From positions 74,274-138,273 of the forward strand of contig CALWRJ010000023.1 in assembly GCA_944383915.1 (NCBI GenBank): 64,000 nt of DNA, written 5' to 3'. The position numbers were made by a program, and so were the translations under genes. Below the pieces are notes generated by a model, which saw only the letters and a list, made by a program, of their open reading frames with translations, was not told the DNA's origin and did not search any database. This stretch comes from an uncultured Clostridia bacterium. Lineage in GTDB: Bacteria; Bacillota; Clostridia; Christensenellales; UBA1242. Shown piece after piece: positions 9,695 through 18,862 of the stretch. Position 1 is the stretch's first letter; each line of letters begins with the position of its first letter.

Positions 9695-12433
9695 TTACAT
9701 CACACCACTGTTTCCGCTATCTGTTTGGTCATTTGCATTTGTATTTGTCGGCACAAAGCGAGCAATTATAAGTTTGCTTTCGGCGTTGGAAATGTCTAGG
9801 TCGATTGATTTATCCGTGCTAAATGGTGTATCTGCATCGGCATAATACCAGCCAATAAAATTGTATCCTGTGTAGCAAAATGCACTTAAATGAATATAAC
9901 TATCGCCTTCTGTGTAGCCGTTAATTCTTGCTTCTCCACCACCTATTGAAGCAACCGCAAAGTTTTCTAACAAACTATTTGCAAACACTGCAGTAACTGT
10001 GGTGTTTGCAGTGATGTTGTCTATAGTTAACGGGTTTGCTGTACTGGTAGTTATATTTCCGTCACCCCTATCAATTTGCCAGTATACAAAAGCATTGCCT
10101 CCTACGGCTAGCGCCATAATATTTGATACCGCACCACCACTTTGCACTTGAATTGTTGTAGAATTGCCTAACACATTATTTGCAAAAATTTGCCCAAGAG
10201 TGCTGTCGTTAGTGGTGACAACAACGTTAAATAAAAGCATATCAAACACTGCAGTGTATGTTGCATTTTCAGCAATATTTACCACATAACTCGTTTGATT
10301 TTCAGTACCTTCAATTATTGAATTTCCACCATCTAAACTCCAACCTAAAAAATCATTATCGCCTGCTTGTGTAGCACTAATAACTATTGAACTCCCTGCC
10401 ATATATTCACCACTATTATCACTTACTGCACCCCAATTTGTATTGTTGCTTTGAACTGTAATAGTTGTGTCTAAATCCATTAGTTCCATATTAGCACTTC
10501 TGTTTGTAAATTTAGAACTATGGGTGCTAGATGACGCATTAGTTAAACTTGTTTGGTCTTTTAAGTAATATGTTACATCAGCGTTACCATTTCTAAAAGC
10601 AAATGAGCCTATACTAGATGAAGCTGTTGTTATGGTGTTATAAAAATATACCGAGGTTAAACTGGTACAATCTCGAAACGCATTATTTCCAATGCTTGTG
10701 ACACTATCTCCTATTGTTACCGAGGTTAAACCGCGACAATATTCAAACGCAGAATCTCCTATGCTAGTGACACTATTAGGGATTGTTATCGAGGTTAAAC
10801 CGCTACAACTTCGAAACGCATTACTTCCTATGCTAGTGACACTATTAGGGATTGTTATCGAGGTTAAACTTGTACAGTAACTAAACGCATTACTTCCTAT
10901 GCTGGTGACACTATTTGGTATAATTATTAAGGTTAAACCTCTACAATCAGAAAACGCATATTCTCCTATGCTGGTAACACCATCAGGGATTGTTATCGAA
11001 GTTAAACCGCGACAATATTCAAACGCAGAATCTCCTATGCTGATGACACTATCTGGTATGTCTATCGAGATTAAACTGCTACAATAACCAAATGCAGAAT
11101 CTACTATGGTTATAGTTTCGTGTAATATTGTATATGTTGTATCTGTTTTACCTGCTGGATACTGTATGATAGCACTACCGTCTTTCGTATATAGTACTCC
11201 ATTATCATCCTTGTAGTTTAGATTGTCATTAGACACGTTTATTGATGTTAAGTTATCACAATTATTAAACACACCGTTTCCTATGCTGGTAACACTATCG
11301 GGAATTGTTACCGAAGTTAAACTGCTACAACCATAAAACGCATTTTCTCCTATGCTAGTGACACTATTAGGTAGTTCTATTGACTCTAAACTTTCACAAC
11401 TACCAAACACTTGATTCCCTATGCTGGTGACATTATTCCCAATTGTTACCGAAGTTAAATCATAACAACCAGAAAACGCATGATCTCCTATACTGGTGAC
11501 ACCATCACCAATTGTTGCCGAGATTAAACTAGTACAAAGATTAATCGCATACCTTCCTATACTAATTACACTATCGGGAATTGTTACTGAAGTTAAACCA
11601 TCACAACGACTAAATGCATAATCACCTATACTAGTTACATTATTGGGAATAGTTACTGAGGTTAAACCATCACAATCATAAAACGCATAATTTCCTATGC
11701 TGGTGACACTATCACCTATTGTTACCGAGGTTAAACCAGTACAACTATAAAACGCACCCTCTCCTATGCTGGTTGTTCCTTCTATTATAGAATATTCTCC
11801 CGTTCTACCTGCTGGATATAATACTATTGTTGTACCATCTTTAGAATATATTACTCCGTCTATACTTTGATATGTTTGGTTATTTGGATCAACTGTAATT
11901 GAGGTTAAACCGGTACAATTTCGAAATGCATAATTTCCTATGCTGGTAACACTATCGGGGATTTCTACCGAGGTTAAACTGGTACAATAATAAAACGCAT
12001 AACCTCCTATATTAGTAAGTCCGCTAGGTAAGGTTACACCTGTTATACGGGATCTAACTGAATAAAATACACCACTACTAGTTGAAGAGCTGTTATTCAT
12101 TGTTGTTATGTTATATGTTGCTCCGCTTATTGATACACTATTGGGTATTACCAAAGTTGTTGGTACTGAAGTACTATAATAATAAACTCTATCAAGACGA
12201 CAGACTCCTGAGCCTTCCTCGTAGTAAATAGTTAAATAATACTCATAATCACTTGATGTTGCAGTTGTTCCGTCTGCGTTTATGTATATATTAGTTGAAA
12301 GTGCATTAGCAGTTTGTTCCGTGTCTTTTGATAGAGAAACGCCTAAAATTATTCCACCGGCAACTAGAACTAGGGTGATTATACAGAGCATTGTGTAAAG
12401 TTTATATTTTTTAAAAATTTCTTTAATAGGCAT
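9695..12433 (-). CDS. BspA-type leucine-rich-repeat surface protein with C-terminal Listeria-Bacteroides (InlB B-type) repeats
   Basis: There is an N-terminal TM/signal segment. More than 20 units of the 23-aa repeat IPxSVTSIGxxAFxxCxxLTSVT follow. The C-terminal modules are of the GYNFIGWY / DFLGWSLDG ... TAVF type. Confidence 0.85.
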   Translation of the reverse strand: MPIKEIFKKYKLYTMLCIITLVLVAGGIILGVSLSKDTEQTANALSTNIYINADGTTATSSDYEYYLTIYYEEGSGVCRLDRVYYYSTSVPTTLVIPNSVSISGATYNITTMNNSSSTSSGVFYSVRSRITGVTLPSGLTNIGGYAFYYCTSLTSVEIPDSVTSIGNYAFRNCTGLTSITVDPNNQTYQSIDGVIYSKDGTTIVLYPAGRTGEYSIIEGTTSIGEGAFYSCTGLTSVTIGDSVTSIGNYAFYDCDGLTSVTIPNNVTSIGDYAFSRCDGLTSVTIPDSVISIGRYAINLCTSLISATIGDGVTSIGDHAFSGCYDLTSVTIGNNVTSIGNQVFGSCESLESIELPNSVTSIGENAFYGCSSLTSVTIPDSVTSIGNGVFNNCDNLTSINVSNDNLNYKDDNGVLYTKDGSAIIQYPAGKTDTTYTILHETITIVDSAFGYCSSLISIDIPDSVISIGDSAFEYCRGLTSITIPDGVTSIGEYAFSDCRGLTLIIIPNSVTSIGSNAFSYCTSLTSITIPNSVTSIGSNAFRSCSGLTSITIPNSVTSIGDSAFEYCRGLTSVTIGDSVTSIGNNAFRDCTSLTSVYFYNTITTASSSIGSFAFRNGNADVTYYLKDQTSLTNASSSTHSSKFTNRSANMELMDLDTTITVQSNNTNWGAVSDNSGEYMAGSSIVISATQAGDNDFLGWSLDGGNSIIEGTENQTSYVVNIAENATYTAVFDMLLFNVVVTTNDSTLGQIFANNVLGNSTTIQVQSGGAVSNIMALAVGGNAFVYWQIDRGDGNITTSTANPLTIDNITANTTVTAVFANSLLENFAVASIGGGEARINGYTEGDSYIHLSAFCYTGYNFIGWYYADADTPFSTDKSIDLDISNAESKLIIARFVPTNTNANDQTDSGNSGVM
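10690..11090 (-). repeat. near-identical 69-nt tandem units inside the LRR gene
   Basis: cctatgctagtgacactattagggattgttatcgaggttaaac recurs exactly at 10758 and 10827, and similar units continue on both sides. Confidence 0.8.
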
Positions 12434-12705
12434 TTAGATGCACCCCCTTTGGAAATGCAAAAAAGCGCAAGGGGTTGCGTCAAGATATTTTGTATCTATT
12501 TGTGTGTTTTTGAAAAGTGTTTTAAACTTGTTTGTATTTATTGCTTGGTAATTTAAACTTTTTCTTTTATTTGATGTTGTATTAATGTTTGTGGGAGTGG
12601 TTGTTTTAGGTGTAATGGTTGGAGATAAATACCCTTCCTTTACACCTATATTTTGTGCAGTTAAACAGCCTTTGGAGTGCCTTAAAACAAGTATTTTTGG
12701 GCTAT

Positions 12706-12759
12706 TTAAGCGCCCCCCCCCCAGCGAATTCTGGGAAGGGGAAATTGTACTTTTTGCAT
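12706..12759 (-). CDS. 17-codon upstream ORF that contains the G10 tract
   Basis: AAGGGGA, then 7 nt, then the ATG at 12757-12759. It translates as MQKVQFPLPRIRWGGGA and stops at the TAA at 12706-12708. Whether it is translated is unknown. Confidence 0.35.
   Translation of the reverse strand: MQKVQFPLPRIRWGGGA
12713..12722 (-). repeat. homopolymeric G10 (C10 on the plus strand)
   Basis: A run of 10 C read directly from the sequence. It is the longest G/C homopolymer I noticed in the window. Confidence 0.95.
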
Positions 12760-12796
12760 AATTCGTTCCCCTTTTACTTTATTATTTTATAAAAAT

Positions 12797-12824
12797 AGTA
12801 TACTCAAAAAGTTTAAATTTACAA
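12797..12824 (-). promoter_or_regulatory. sigma-70-type promoter for the uORF/LRR transcript
   Basis: On the minus strand, TTGTAA (12819-12824), a 16-nt spacer, then TATACT (12797-12802). It lies about 35 nt upstream of the uORF ATG. Confidence 0.45.
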
Positions 12825-12880
12825 AACAAAATCACCCATTTTTACAAAATTTCTTAAAATTTTTATATAAAATAAAGTAA

Positions 12881-12989
12881 AAATAAATAATATACCCAGC
12901 AATAACTGCTAATTGCTACCTGCTAATTGCTAATTCTCGCAAAGCGAGTAAGATTGCTACCTGCTAATTGCTAATTCTCGCAAAGCGAG
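12881..12989. repeat. mosaic intergenic repeat block R2
   Basis: ATATACCCAGCAATAA core fragment, then two tandem copies (42-nt period) of ATTGCTACCTGCTAATTGCTAATTCTCGCAAAGCGAG. Confidence 0.9.
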
Positions 12990-13013
12990 AAAAAACAAGC
13001 CCTTTGGCTTGTT
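12988..13013 (-). terminator. intrinsic terminator after the M23 peptidase gene
   Basis: AACAAGCC-CTTT-GGCTTGTT hairpin at 12994-13013, then TTTTTT on the minus strand. Confidence 0.75.
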
Positions 13014-13029
13014 TTTTAAGGCTTGTTTT

Positions 13030-13617
13030 TTATTTTTCTGCTAAATCAAGATAAAGTGCTGGGTCGACTGCTTCGCCATTAAGCAAGACTTCTAAGTGTA
13101 AGTGCGCGCCGTCATTCGCTTCTGATTTTGCAGTGTTGCTAACTTTCCCAATCACGCTTCCCTTTGTTACGGTGTCGCCCGCGCTAACAGGGACATCGCT
13201 AGCAAGTGAAGCATAGACAACGGTTATTCCACCACCGATGTCGAGTTTAACAATGTTGCCCATAAGGTAGTTGTAAGTTACTTCGGTAATAGTGCCGTCC
13301 ATAACTGCGTACACATCAGTGCCTTCCTCGGCAGAAAAATCAATCGCCTTGTGCGCTTGCCACAAATTTAGCGTGCTATTGTATTGAAGTGCCGAGTTTG
13401 AATAGTTTTTCATCAATTCCATTTCAGTAATCGGGCTTGAAAAACTAATTTCTGGCGTGTCAGTTGGGACGAAGTCGTCATCAACAACAGGTGCTGGCTT
13501 GTTTGTCGCCGCGATTGTTACGACCGTAATAAGTACAATGATACTAAGCCCTAACCCTATCCAATAACCGTATTTCTTTAAGAATTTTAAAAGCGTTGTC
13601 TTTAATTTTGCTTGCAT
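13030..13617 (-). CDS. M23 family peptidoglycan metalloendopeptidase
   Basis: N-terminal TM anchor. The LytM-domain motifs HKAIDF and GAHLHLEV are present. AAGGAGG RBS. Confidence 0.85.
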   Translation of the reverse strand: MQAKLKTTLLKFLKKYGYWIGLGLSIIVLITVVTIAATNKPAPVVDDDFVPTDTPEISFSSPITEMELMKNYSNSALQYNSTLNLWQAHKAIDFSAEEGTDVYAVMDGTITEVTYNYLMGNIVKLDIGGGITVVYASLASDVPVSAGDTVTKGSVIGKVSNTAKSEANDGAHLHLEVLLNGEAVDPALYLDLAEK

Positions 13618-13896
13618 ATTTCTTTCCTCCTTGCCAATAAGTGTTGACCGCCTTATTACGAATTAAACATAAAAGTTTAAAAAATTTTATATTGTTATAA
13701 AAAAGCGTTTTAAGAAGGAAATTTATTAAATTATTATCATTATATAAAAGTTACTTATTTAAAAAGTACACACCTTCTTTTTATGCAACTTTTTAAGCGT
13801 GCTTTTTAATTTTATTTTATAAAATTTAAAAAATTAGTTTTGTAATTTTAAATTCAGTCAACAATTATTATTAAAATACAAAAGGAGTATGATTTT

Positions 13897-14361
13897 TTGA
13901 GTAAATACATATCACTTTTATTTTTACCGCTAGCCTTTTTATTTTGCGCGCCTGAGTACACTCTCATTGACGCACTAAATAATTACCCTGGCACACTCAC
14001 CATTTATACATATCAATATAAAGAACTTCCAAACGCGGACATTATAAAAAACGGCAATAGTTATATGATTTCTTGTGATTTAAGTTTTGGAAAGCAAGTT
14101 TATAATAATTTAAATAAAGAAAGTATCACAGGGCTAAGCGCCACTATTTTTAATAATGAAAAAACACTAGACAATCTCTTAAATTTGCTAAATATCAATA
14201 CAATTTTTAGTGAAAGCACGCAAAACATCACCTTTTTATATGGATACAGCCCAAATTTTTCGCATTTTGTAACCTATAATGGCGAAAAAATCAATGTGCA
14301 GATTGCAAAGAAAGAAAACGAACTACAAATTGGCGTTCCCCTAATTTTAGGCGGAATTTAA
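13897..14361 (+). CDS. hypothetical secreted protein (154 aa, TTG start)
   Basis: AAAGGAG lies 9 nt before the TTG at 13897. The N-terminus is hydrophobic (ISLLFLPLAFLFCA). I recognise no family. Confidence 0.5.
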   Translation: MSKYISLLFLPLAFLFCAPEYTLIDALNNYPGTLTIYTYQYKELPNADIIKNGNSYMISCDLSFGKQVYNNLNKESITGLSATIFNNEKTLDNLLNLLNINTIFSESTQNITFLYGYSPNFSHFVTYNGEKINVQIAKKENELQIGVPLILGGI

Positions 14362-14664
14362 GAAACTTAATTTAAAATTTTATAAAAAGACTAAAAAAAT
14401 TAAAAATTACCCGCAAAATAAAAAAGTTTTTATCGAGCACCTAAAAAAATTTTTTCTAGCAATTAATCATAATAAATCCCGACAAAAAAACTTAATCAAA
14501 AGGAATTTCCACTTTTTAACATTTAAACAAAAATTTTCTCGCTATTTAGATAAAAAATAATGCCCATTGATATTATTTTTAAGTAATTTATTAAAATAAA
14601 AAAAGGAGTTACCTAACACTCAGTATTCCCTTTTTTAAATAGAAGTATTCGTAAAAGTATATTT

Positions 14665-16146
14665 TTATCTTTTATTGTTTGTATTTTGTGCAGTGTTTGG
14701 TGACCCTGAATTTAAACTTGGATGATAAAGAACAGTTTCGGGTATAAAATGCCCTTCACGCTTATACTTTTCCACCGTTTCCGTAGTCAAAGACGGACAT
14801 TCGGGCGCAAGATGATACTTTTCTAAATATGGCGCAATTTTACTATAAGTTATCCCTTTTTCTAAAATATCATTTAGATTATAATGTTTAATTAAATCAA
14901 ACATTGCGTCTTGCCCAATAAAAAAACTTCTTTCTCGATAACCATTTTTCTTGAAATCTTCCATATTTGTTTTATATTTATTTTGATAATTTATTTTATC
15001 GAAGTTTTCCTCGTTTTCGCTAAAATAAGGACCCAAATATGACTTTCTTGTCATTTTAAAAGTATCCATATTGCCGTCCTTTAAATCCTCGATATATTTA
15101 TCAGCCATATCGTTAAGTTCACGGTTTAAAGGGTGATTTTTATCTAATTTAGCACCATCTAATTCGGCTTGCAAATTTTTTACATATGCTAGTGTTACCC
15201 CCGAGTACATATCGGTAGATTTTTTACAACTTTCTATATTTTTACTAACCATATCTTGTATTTCATTCTTGAAACTATTAAAAATTACAGTTTTTAAAGC
15301 CTTTGGATCGATACTCAATATTCCACTTATCAACTGTCCTCGCAAATCTTGAATACAATCATCTAATGCGTGGCTAAGTTCGTTATTAAAACTCGTGTTA
15401 TCTTTATAAACAGGTTCGTCCGCAAGTCCAACCACGTTTCGAAGTGGCAAAGTAAATGGTTGCTTGCCAAAAGGCGTAAAGTATTCGGGGTGCTCGGCGT
15501 GAATCTCGTCAAGATATTTCATCATTTTAGGTAGCCCCTGCTCGCCTGTGTAGACAAGCATTGTATCATTTCTATCATTTGCAGGGTTGAATTTTAAATG
15601 AATGTATTCCTTATCCCTTACTCCCCTTTTTAATAGTTCTATCGCAACTTTTGGTGCTGATTTGTAATCAATAGTGAGATAAAGTCGCTTCGTAATATCC
15701 TCTTTTTTATATGCAGTAAAGGGATAAGCATAGATAAAACCAAATTCTTTTGGCGGATTAAAGTGCAAATATCTTTTGCTTTGTTCCCTAAAAACGTTAT
15801 TTTCAAAAAATAAATCATAGCACTGCTTACCACTCAATTTTTGCGGTCTTAAATTTTCATTAGAACGAAACAACTCCGTTGCATTTCTTATCCTTGCATC
15901 TGTACTTGATTTACTTAAATCTTTTATGTACTGATAAAAAATTGAATACAATTCTTTTGAAAAATTATGCAATTCATATTCACTTAATTGTTGTCGATTC
16001 GCGGTAGGAATTAATTCTATTTCACTATATGAACCAAGACGACTCGCCTTAGGCACGCGTTCTCTAACAAAGTCCACAACATTTTGTTGCAACTTTTCTA
16101 GTTTATTGCGATTTTTTACTATATAATCATACACCAAATCAGCCAT
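14665..16146 (-). CDS. hypothetical protein (493 aa)
   Basis: Long ORF with an AGGAAGGG RBS. The segment RLYLTIDY...IHLKFNP...RNDTMLVY weakly recalls the HopA1-like / LanKC N-terminal family pattern, which is too weak to support a family call. Confidence 0.6.
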   Translation of the reverse strand: MADLVYDYIVKNRNKLEKLQQNVVDFVRERVPKASRLGSYSEIELIPTANRQQLSEYELHNFSKELYSIFYQYIKDLSKSSTDARIRNATELFRSNENLRPQKLSGKQCYDLFFENNVFREQSKRYLHFNPPKEFGFIYAYPFTAYKKEDITKRLYLTIDYKSAPKVAIELLKRGVRDKEYIHLKFNPANDRNDTMLVYTGEQGLPKMMKYLDEIHAEHPEYFTPFGKQPFTLPLRNVVGLADEPVYKDNTSFNNELSHALDDCIQDLRGQLISGILSIDPKALKTVIFNSFKNEIQDMVSKNIESCKKSTDMYSGVTLAYVKNLQAELDGAKLDKNHPLNRELNDMADKYIEDLKDGNMDTFKMTRKSYLGPYFSENEENFDKINYQNKYKTNMEDFKKNGYRERSFFIGQDAMFDLIKHYNLNDILEKGITYSKIAPYLEKYHLAPECPSLTTETVEKYKREGHFIPETVLYHPSLNSGSPNTAQNTNNKR

Positions 16147-16298
16147 TTTTCAACCCTTCCTTTGTAATTGTTTGCGTTTTTTTGAATAAAAAATACTTTT
16201 TGCGCAAAGTCGTTTTAAAATACTAATTCAAATTTTTAACATTAAATAGCCTTTAATAAACAATTTTTTAAATGCTTATAAAGTTTAAAATCTTTATA

Positions 16299-16979
16299 TT
16301 AGTCCTTTATGCGCTCAATTATACTCGGGTCATCTGGAATAATAACTGGTCCTACCCAATTAGTTTGCATTTTTTCTTTTAATTTAGGAACACCATACGG
16401 AATGCGGTCAAACACACGGTTGTATTTTGGAAGCATTTTTTCGATTACTTCCCAAGCCTGCTCTGCATTAGTTACCCCCCAAATTTTGTCGTCAAATTCA
16501 GGGTAACGAGGAGCATCGTCAAGTTTAACATTTGCAAGTTTTTCACTCCAATCACCAGCATTTTTGTACGCAATAATTAAACGCCCCAACTTCCAAGCAG
16601 CACTAATTTCGTTTAGTGTGCCAGCGCCACCGCCGATTGCAATAACAACTTCGCTATTTGCTACAATTACATTTCGCGCAAGGTCAGCTCCCGTTGGTAT
16701 AACGATATCAGCAAAATCATTTGCGGTTTCAAAGCCATACGATGGGCAAATTGCGATTGTGTCGCCTTCGCGGTAGTTTTTACTCGCGTGTGCGCCAGCA
16801 AAAGTAGCGCGCATAATTCCGCGTCCGCCACCAGACAACACTCTGCAACCGTGGTCAACAAGAGTCTTGCCTAGTTCAAAAGCCAACTCCCACTTTACTT
16901 TCTGCATTTCGTCAATTTCAGGTTGTGGGCTTGCAGCGTTCCCTATGACTGAAACAATTAATCGTCTATTTTTACACAT
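16299..16979 (-). CDS. LOG/TIGR00725-like Rossmann-fold protein (SLOG superfamily)
   Basis: GGGRGIMRA and GGGAGTLNE correspond to the two glycine-rich LOG-family motifs. A ~60-aa C-terminal extension is present. Confidence 0.65.
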   Translation of the reverse strand: MCKNRRLIVSVIGNAASPQPEIDEMQKVKWELAFELGKTLVDHGCRVLSGGGRGIMRATFAGAHASKNYREGDTIAICPSYGFETANDFADIVIPTGADLARNVIVANSEVVIAIGGGAGTLNEISAAWKLGRLIIAYKNAGDWSEKLANVKLDDAPRYPEFDDKIWGVTNAEQAWEVIEKMLPKYNRVFDRIPYGVPKLKEKMQTNWVGPVIIPDDPSIIERIKD

Positions 16980-17065
16980 TATTTTCTCCCTATAAGCTTA
17001 ATCGTAATATATATTTTACCAAATTTTTAAAGTTATGTAAACTAAAAAGTGCCTAAAAGTAGACG

Positions 17066-17395
17066 CTTTAAATTTTGAACGAAGTTCAAAATTAACTAGC
17101 AATTAAGGCTTTACGCTTCGCCTTTCGGCTTCGCTCGAATTTTTCCTTGGAGTGTGCAATAATGCACACGGAAAGCCAGACGATAGTTAGAGTAATTGTC
17201 AATGTGAGTGGTTCACGGCTGAATTTCGAATTAGGAATTTTGAATTATTGCTGGGTATATTTTTTATTTTAGATAATATCTCCTTAATTCCTAATTCCTA
17301 ATTATTTCAGCCTTAACTGCTAATTGCTAATTGCTAATTGCTAATTCACGCTTTGCGTGGTAGATTGCTAATTGCTAATTTTTTTAAAATTTGTA
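17066..17395. repeat. mosaic intergenic repeat block R3
   Basis: AATTTTGAAC-GAA-GTTCAAAATT palindrome, the 79-nt structured core 17145-17223, the AT-rich core, CCTAATT and GCTAATT arrays, and a CACGCTTTGCGTG hairpin. Confidence 0.9.
17145..17223 (+). repeat. conserved ~80-nt structured core of the composite repeat, copy A
   Basis: CCTTGGAGTGTGCAATAATGCACACGGAAAGCCAGACGATAGTTAGAGTAATTGTCAATGTGAGTGGTTCACGGCTGAA. Three hairpins can be drawn from it. Confidence 0.75.
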
Positions 17396-17419
17396 ATTAT
17401 CACAAAAGAAATGTAATAA

Positions 17420-18847
17420 TTATAAAATTCTAAACGAAGTTGTGCCGTCTTTATTGTCTTGCAATTCTACACCGAGTGCTATTATCTCGGCTTTTAATTC
17501 GTCTGCTTTTTTAAAGTCGCGTGCTTTTCGGTACTCGTTGCGCTCGTCAATTAAGCGCTGTACTCGTTCGGCGCGGTCGTCTTTTTTATTCTCGTGCAAA
17601 GTATCAAAACACTTAAAAATCTTGTCGATTTTTGCTAAATAATCTAAAATTTCCGCCTTGTTTTTCTCGTCATAGTCGTGCGCAGTAACGATAACATTAC
17701 CTTCTTTTATAAAATCGAAAAGTGATGCAATCGCGTTTGGCGTGTTAAAGTCGTCATTCATTTCACGCTCAAAAGAAGCACGAAAATTTGCTAACATTTG
17801 AGATAACTTTTCGTTATAATTACCACTTGCGTTTTGTTTTAAATTAAAAATGAAGTTGTCAATTCGTTCAAGCCCAGCACTGCTTGCGCGCATAACATTA
17901 TCCCCAAATTTTACGGGGCTACGGTAGTGACTGCTCACGAAAAACCACCTTAAAGCGCGCGCGCCGTAGCGAGCCATCGCGTCCTCAATAGTTACATAAT
18001 TCCCAGCCGATTTAGACATTTTACTACCGTCTTCGGCTAGGAGCATACCTGTATGCACCCAATAGTTTGCTGGTATATCGTGTCCTAATGCCCTACTCTG
18101 CGCAATTTCGTTTTCGTGGTGCGGAAATGCCAAATCTCGCCCGCCGCCGTGAATATCAAACTTGTCGCCCAAATATTTTGTACTCATAACAGTACACTCA
18201 ATGTGCCACCCAGGGTAGCCTTCACCCCAAGGACTGTCCCATTTCAAAACGGAATTTTTCTGCGCGCGCTTCCAAATTGTGAAATCATACGGAGAATGCT
18301 TGCCGTCTTTAACTTCGATTCTTGCGCCCGCGTTGAGATTTTCAAGAGTGTTACCACTCAAAATGCCGTAGTCCTTAATTTTCGAAACATCGCAGTAAAC
18401 ATCACCGTCAAGTTCGTACGCAACGCCGCGCTTTATCATTTCACTAACGGCTTCGATAATATCGATAATATGCCCAGTGGCGCGTGGTGAAATATTCGGG
18501 CGCGCGCAACGAAGGGAGTCGAGATAATACCACATTGCGCGAATATTTATATCGATTAATTCCATCGGGTGCAACTTCATCTCGTTCGCTTTCAAAACGA
18601 TTTTGTCGTCCCCCTGGTCAGCATCACCTACAATACTTCCAGCATCGGTAATATTGCGTACATAAAAAACTTTGTAGCCAAGATACTCAAAGTACTCTTT
18701 TATAACATCATAGCCAACATATGTTCGCGCGTGCCCCAAGTGTGGTGGCATATAAACAGTTACACCGCAGACATACATCTTGACTTCGTTATCAGTAACG
18801 CTTTTAAACTCTTGCTTACTTCGCGTAAGAGTATTATAAATTTGCAT
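17420..18847 (-). CDS. cysS: cysteine--tRNA ligase
   Basis: PHLGHARTY (HIGH) and KMSKSAGN (KMSKS) motifs. Start trimmed to MQIYNTLTR (ATG 18845-18847). Confidence 0.93.
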   Translation of the reverse strand: MQIYNTLTRSKQEFKSVTDNEVKMYVCGVTVYMPPHLGHARTYVGYDVIKEYFEYLGYKVFYVRNITDAGSIVGDADQGDDKIVLKANEMKLHPMELIDINIRAMWYYLDSLRCARPNISPRATGHIIDIIEAVSEMIKRGVAYELDGDVYCDVSKIKDYGILSGNTLENLNAGARIEVKDGKHSPYDFTIWKRAQKNSVLKWDSPWGEGYPGWHIECTVMSTKYLGDKFDIHGGGRDLAFPHHENEIAQSRALGHDIPANYWVHTGMLLAEDGSKMSKSAGNYVTIEDAMARYGARALRWFFVSSHYRSPVKFGDNVMRASSAGLERIDNFIFNLKQNASGNYNEKLSQMLANFRASFEREMNDDFNTPNAIASLFDFIKEGNVIVTAHDYDEKNKAEILDYLAKIDKIFKCFDTLHENKKDDRAERVQRLIDERNEYRKARDFKKADELKAEIIALGVELQDNKDGTTSFRIL

Positions 18848-18862
18848 AGTTACCCCCATAAA

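Noticed and set aside
12434-13029. tRNA or other small RNA gene in the long spacer upstream of the LRR gene (also 46812-47220 and 52391-52986)
   Set aside because: There is no GTTCRANYC T-loop box or cloverleaf-compatible pairing. The regions are AT-rich promoter/leader-like sequence.
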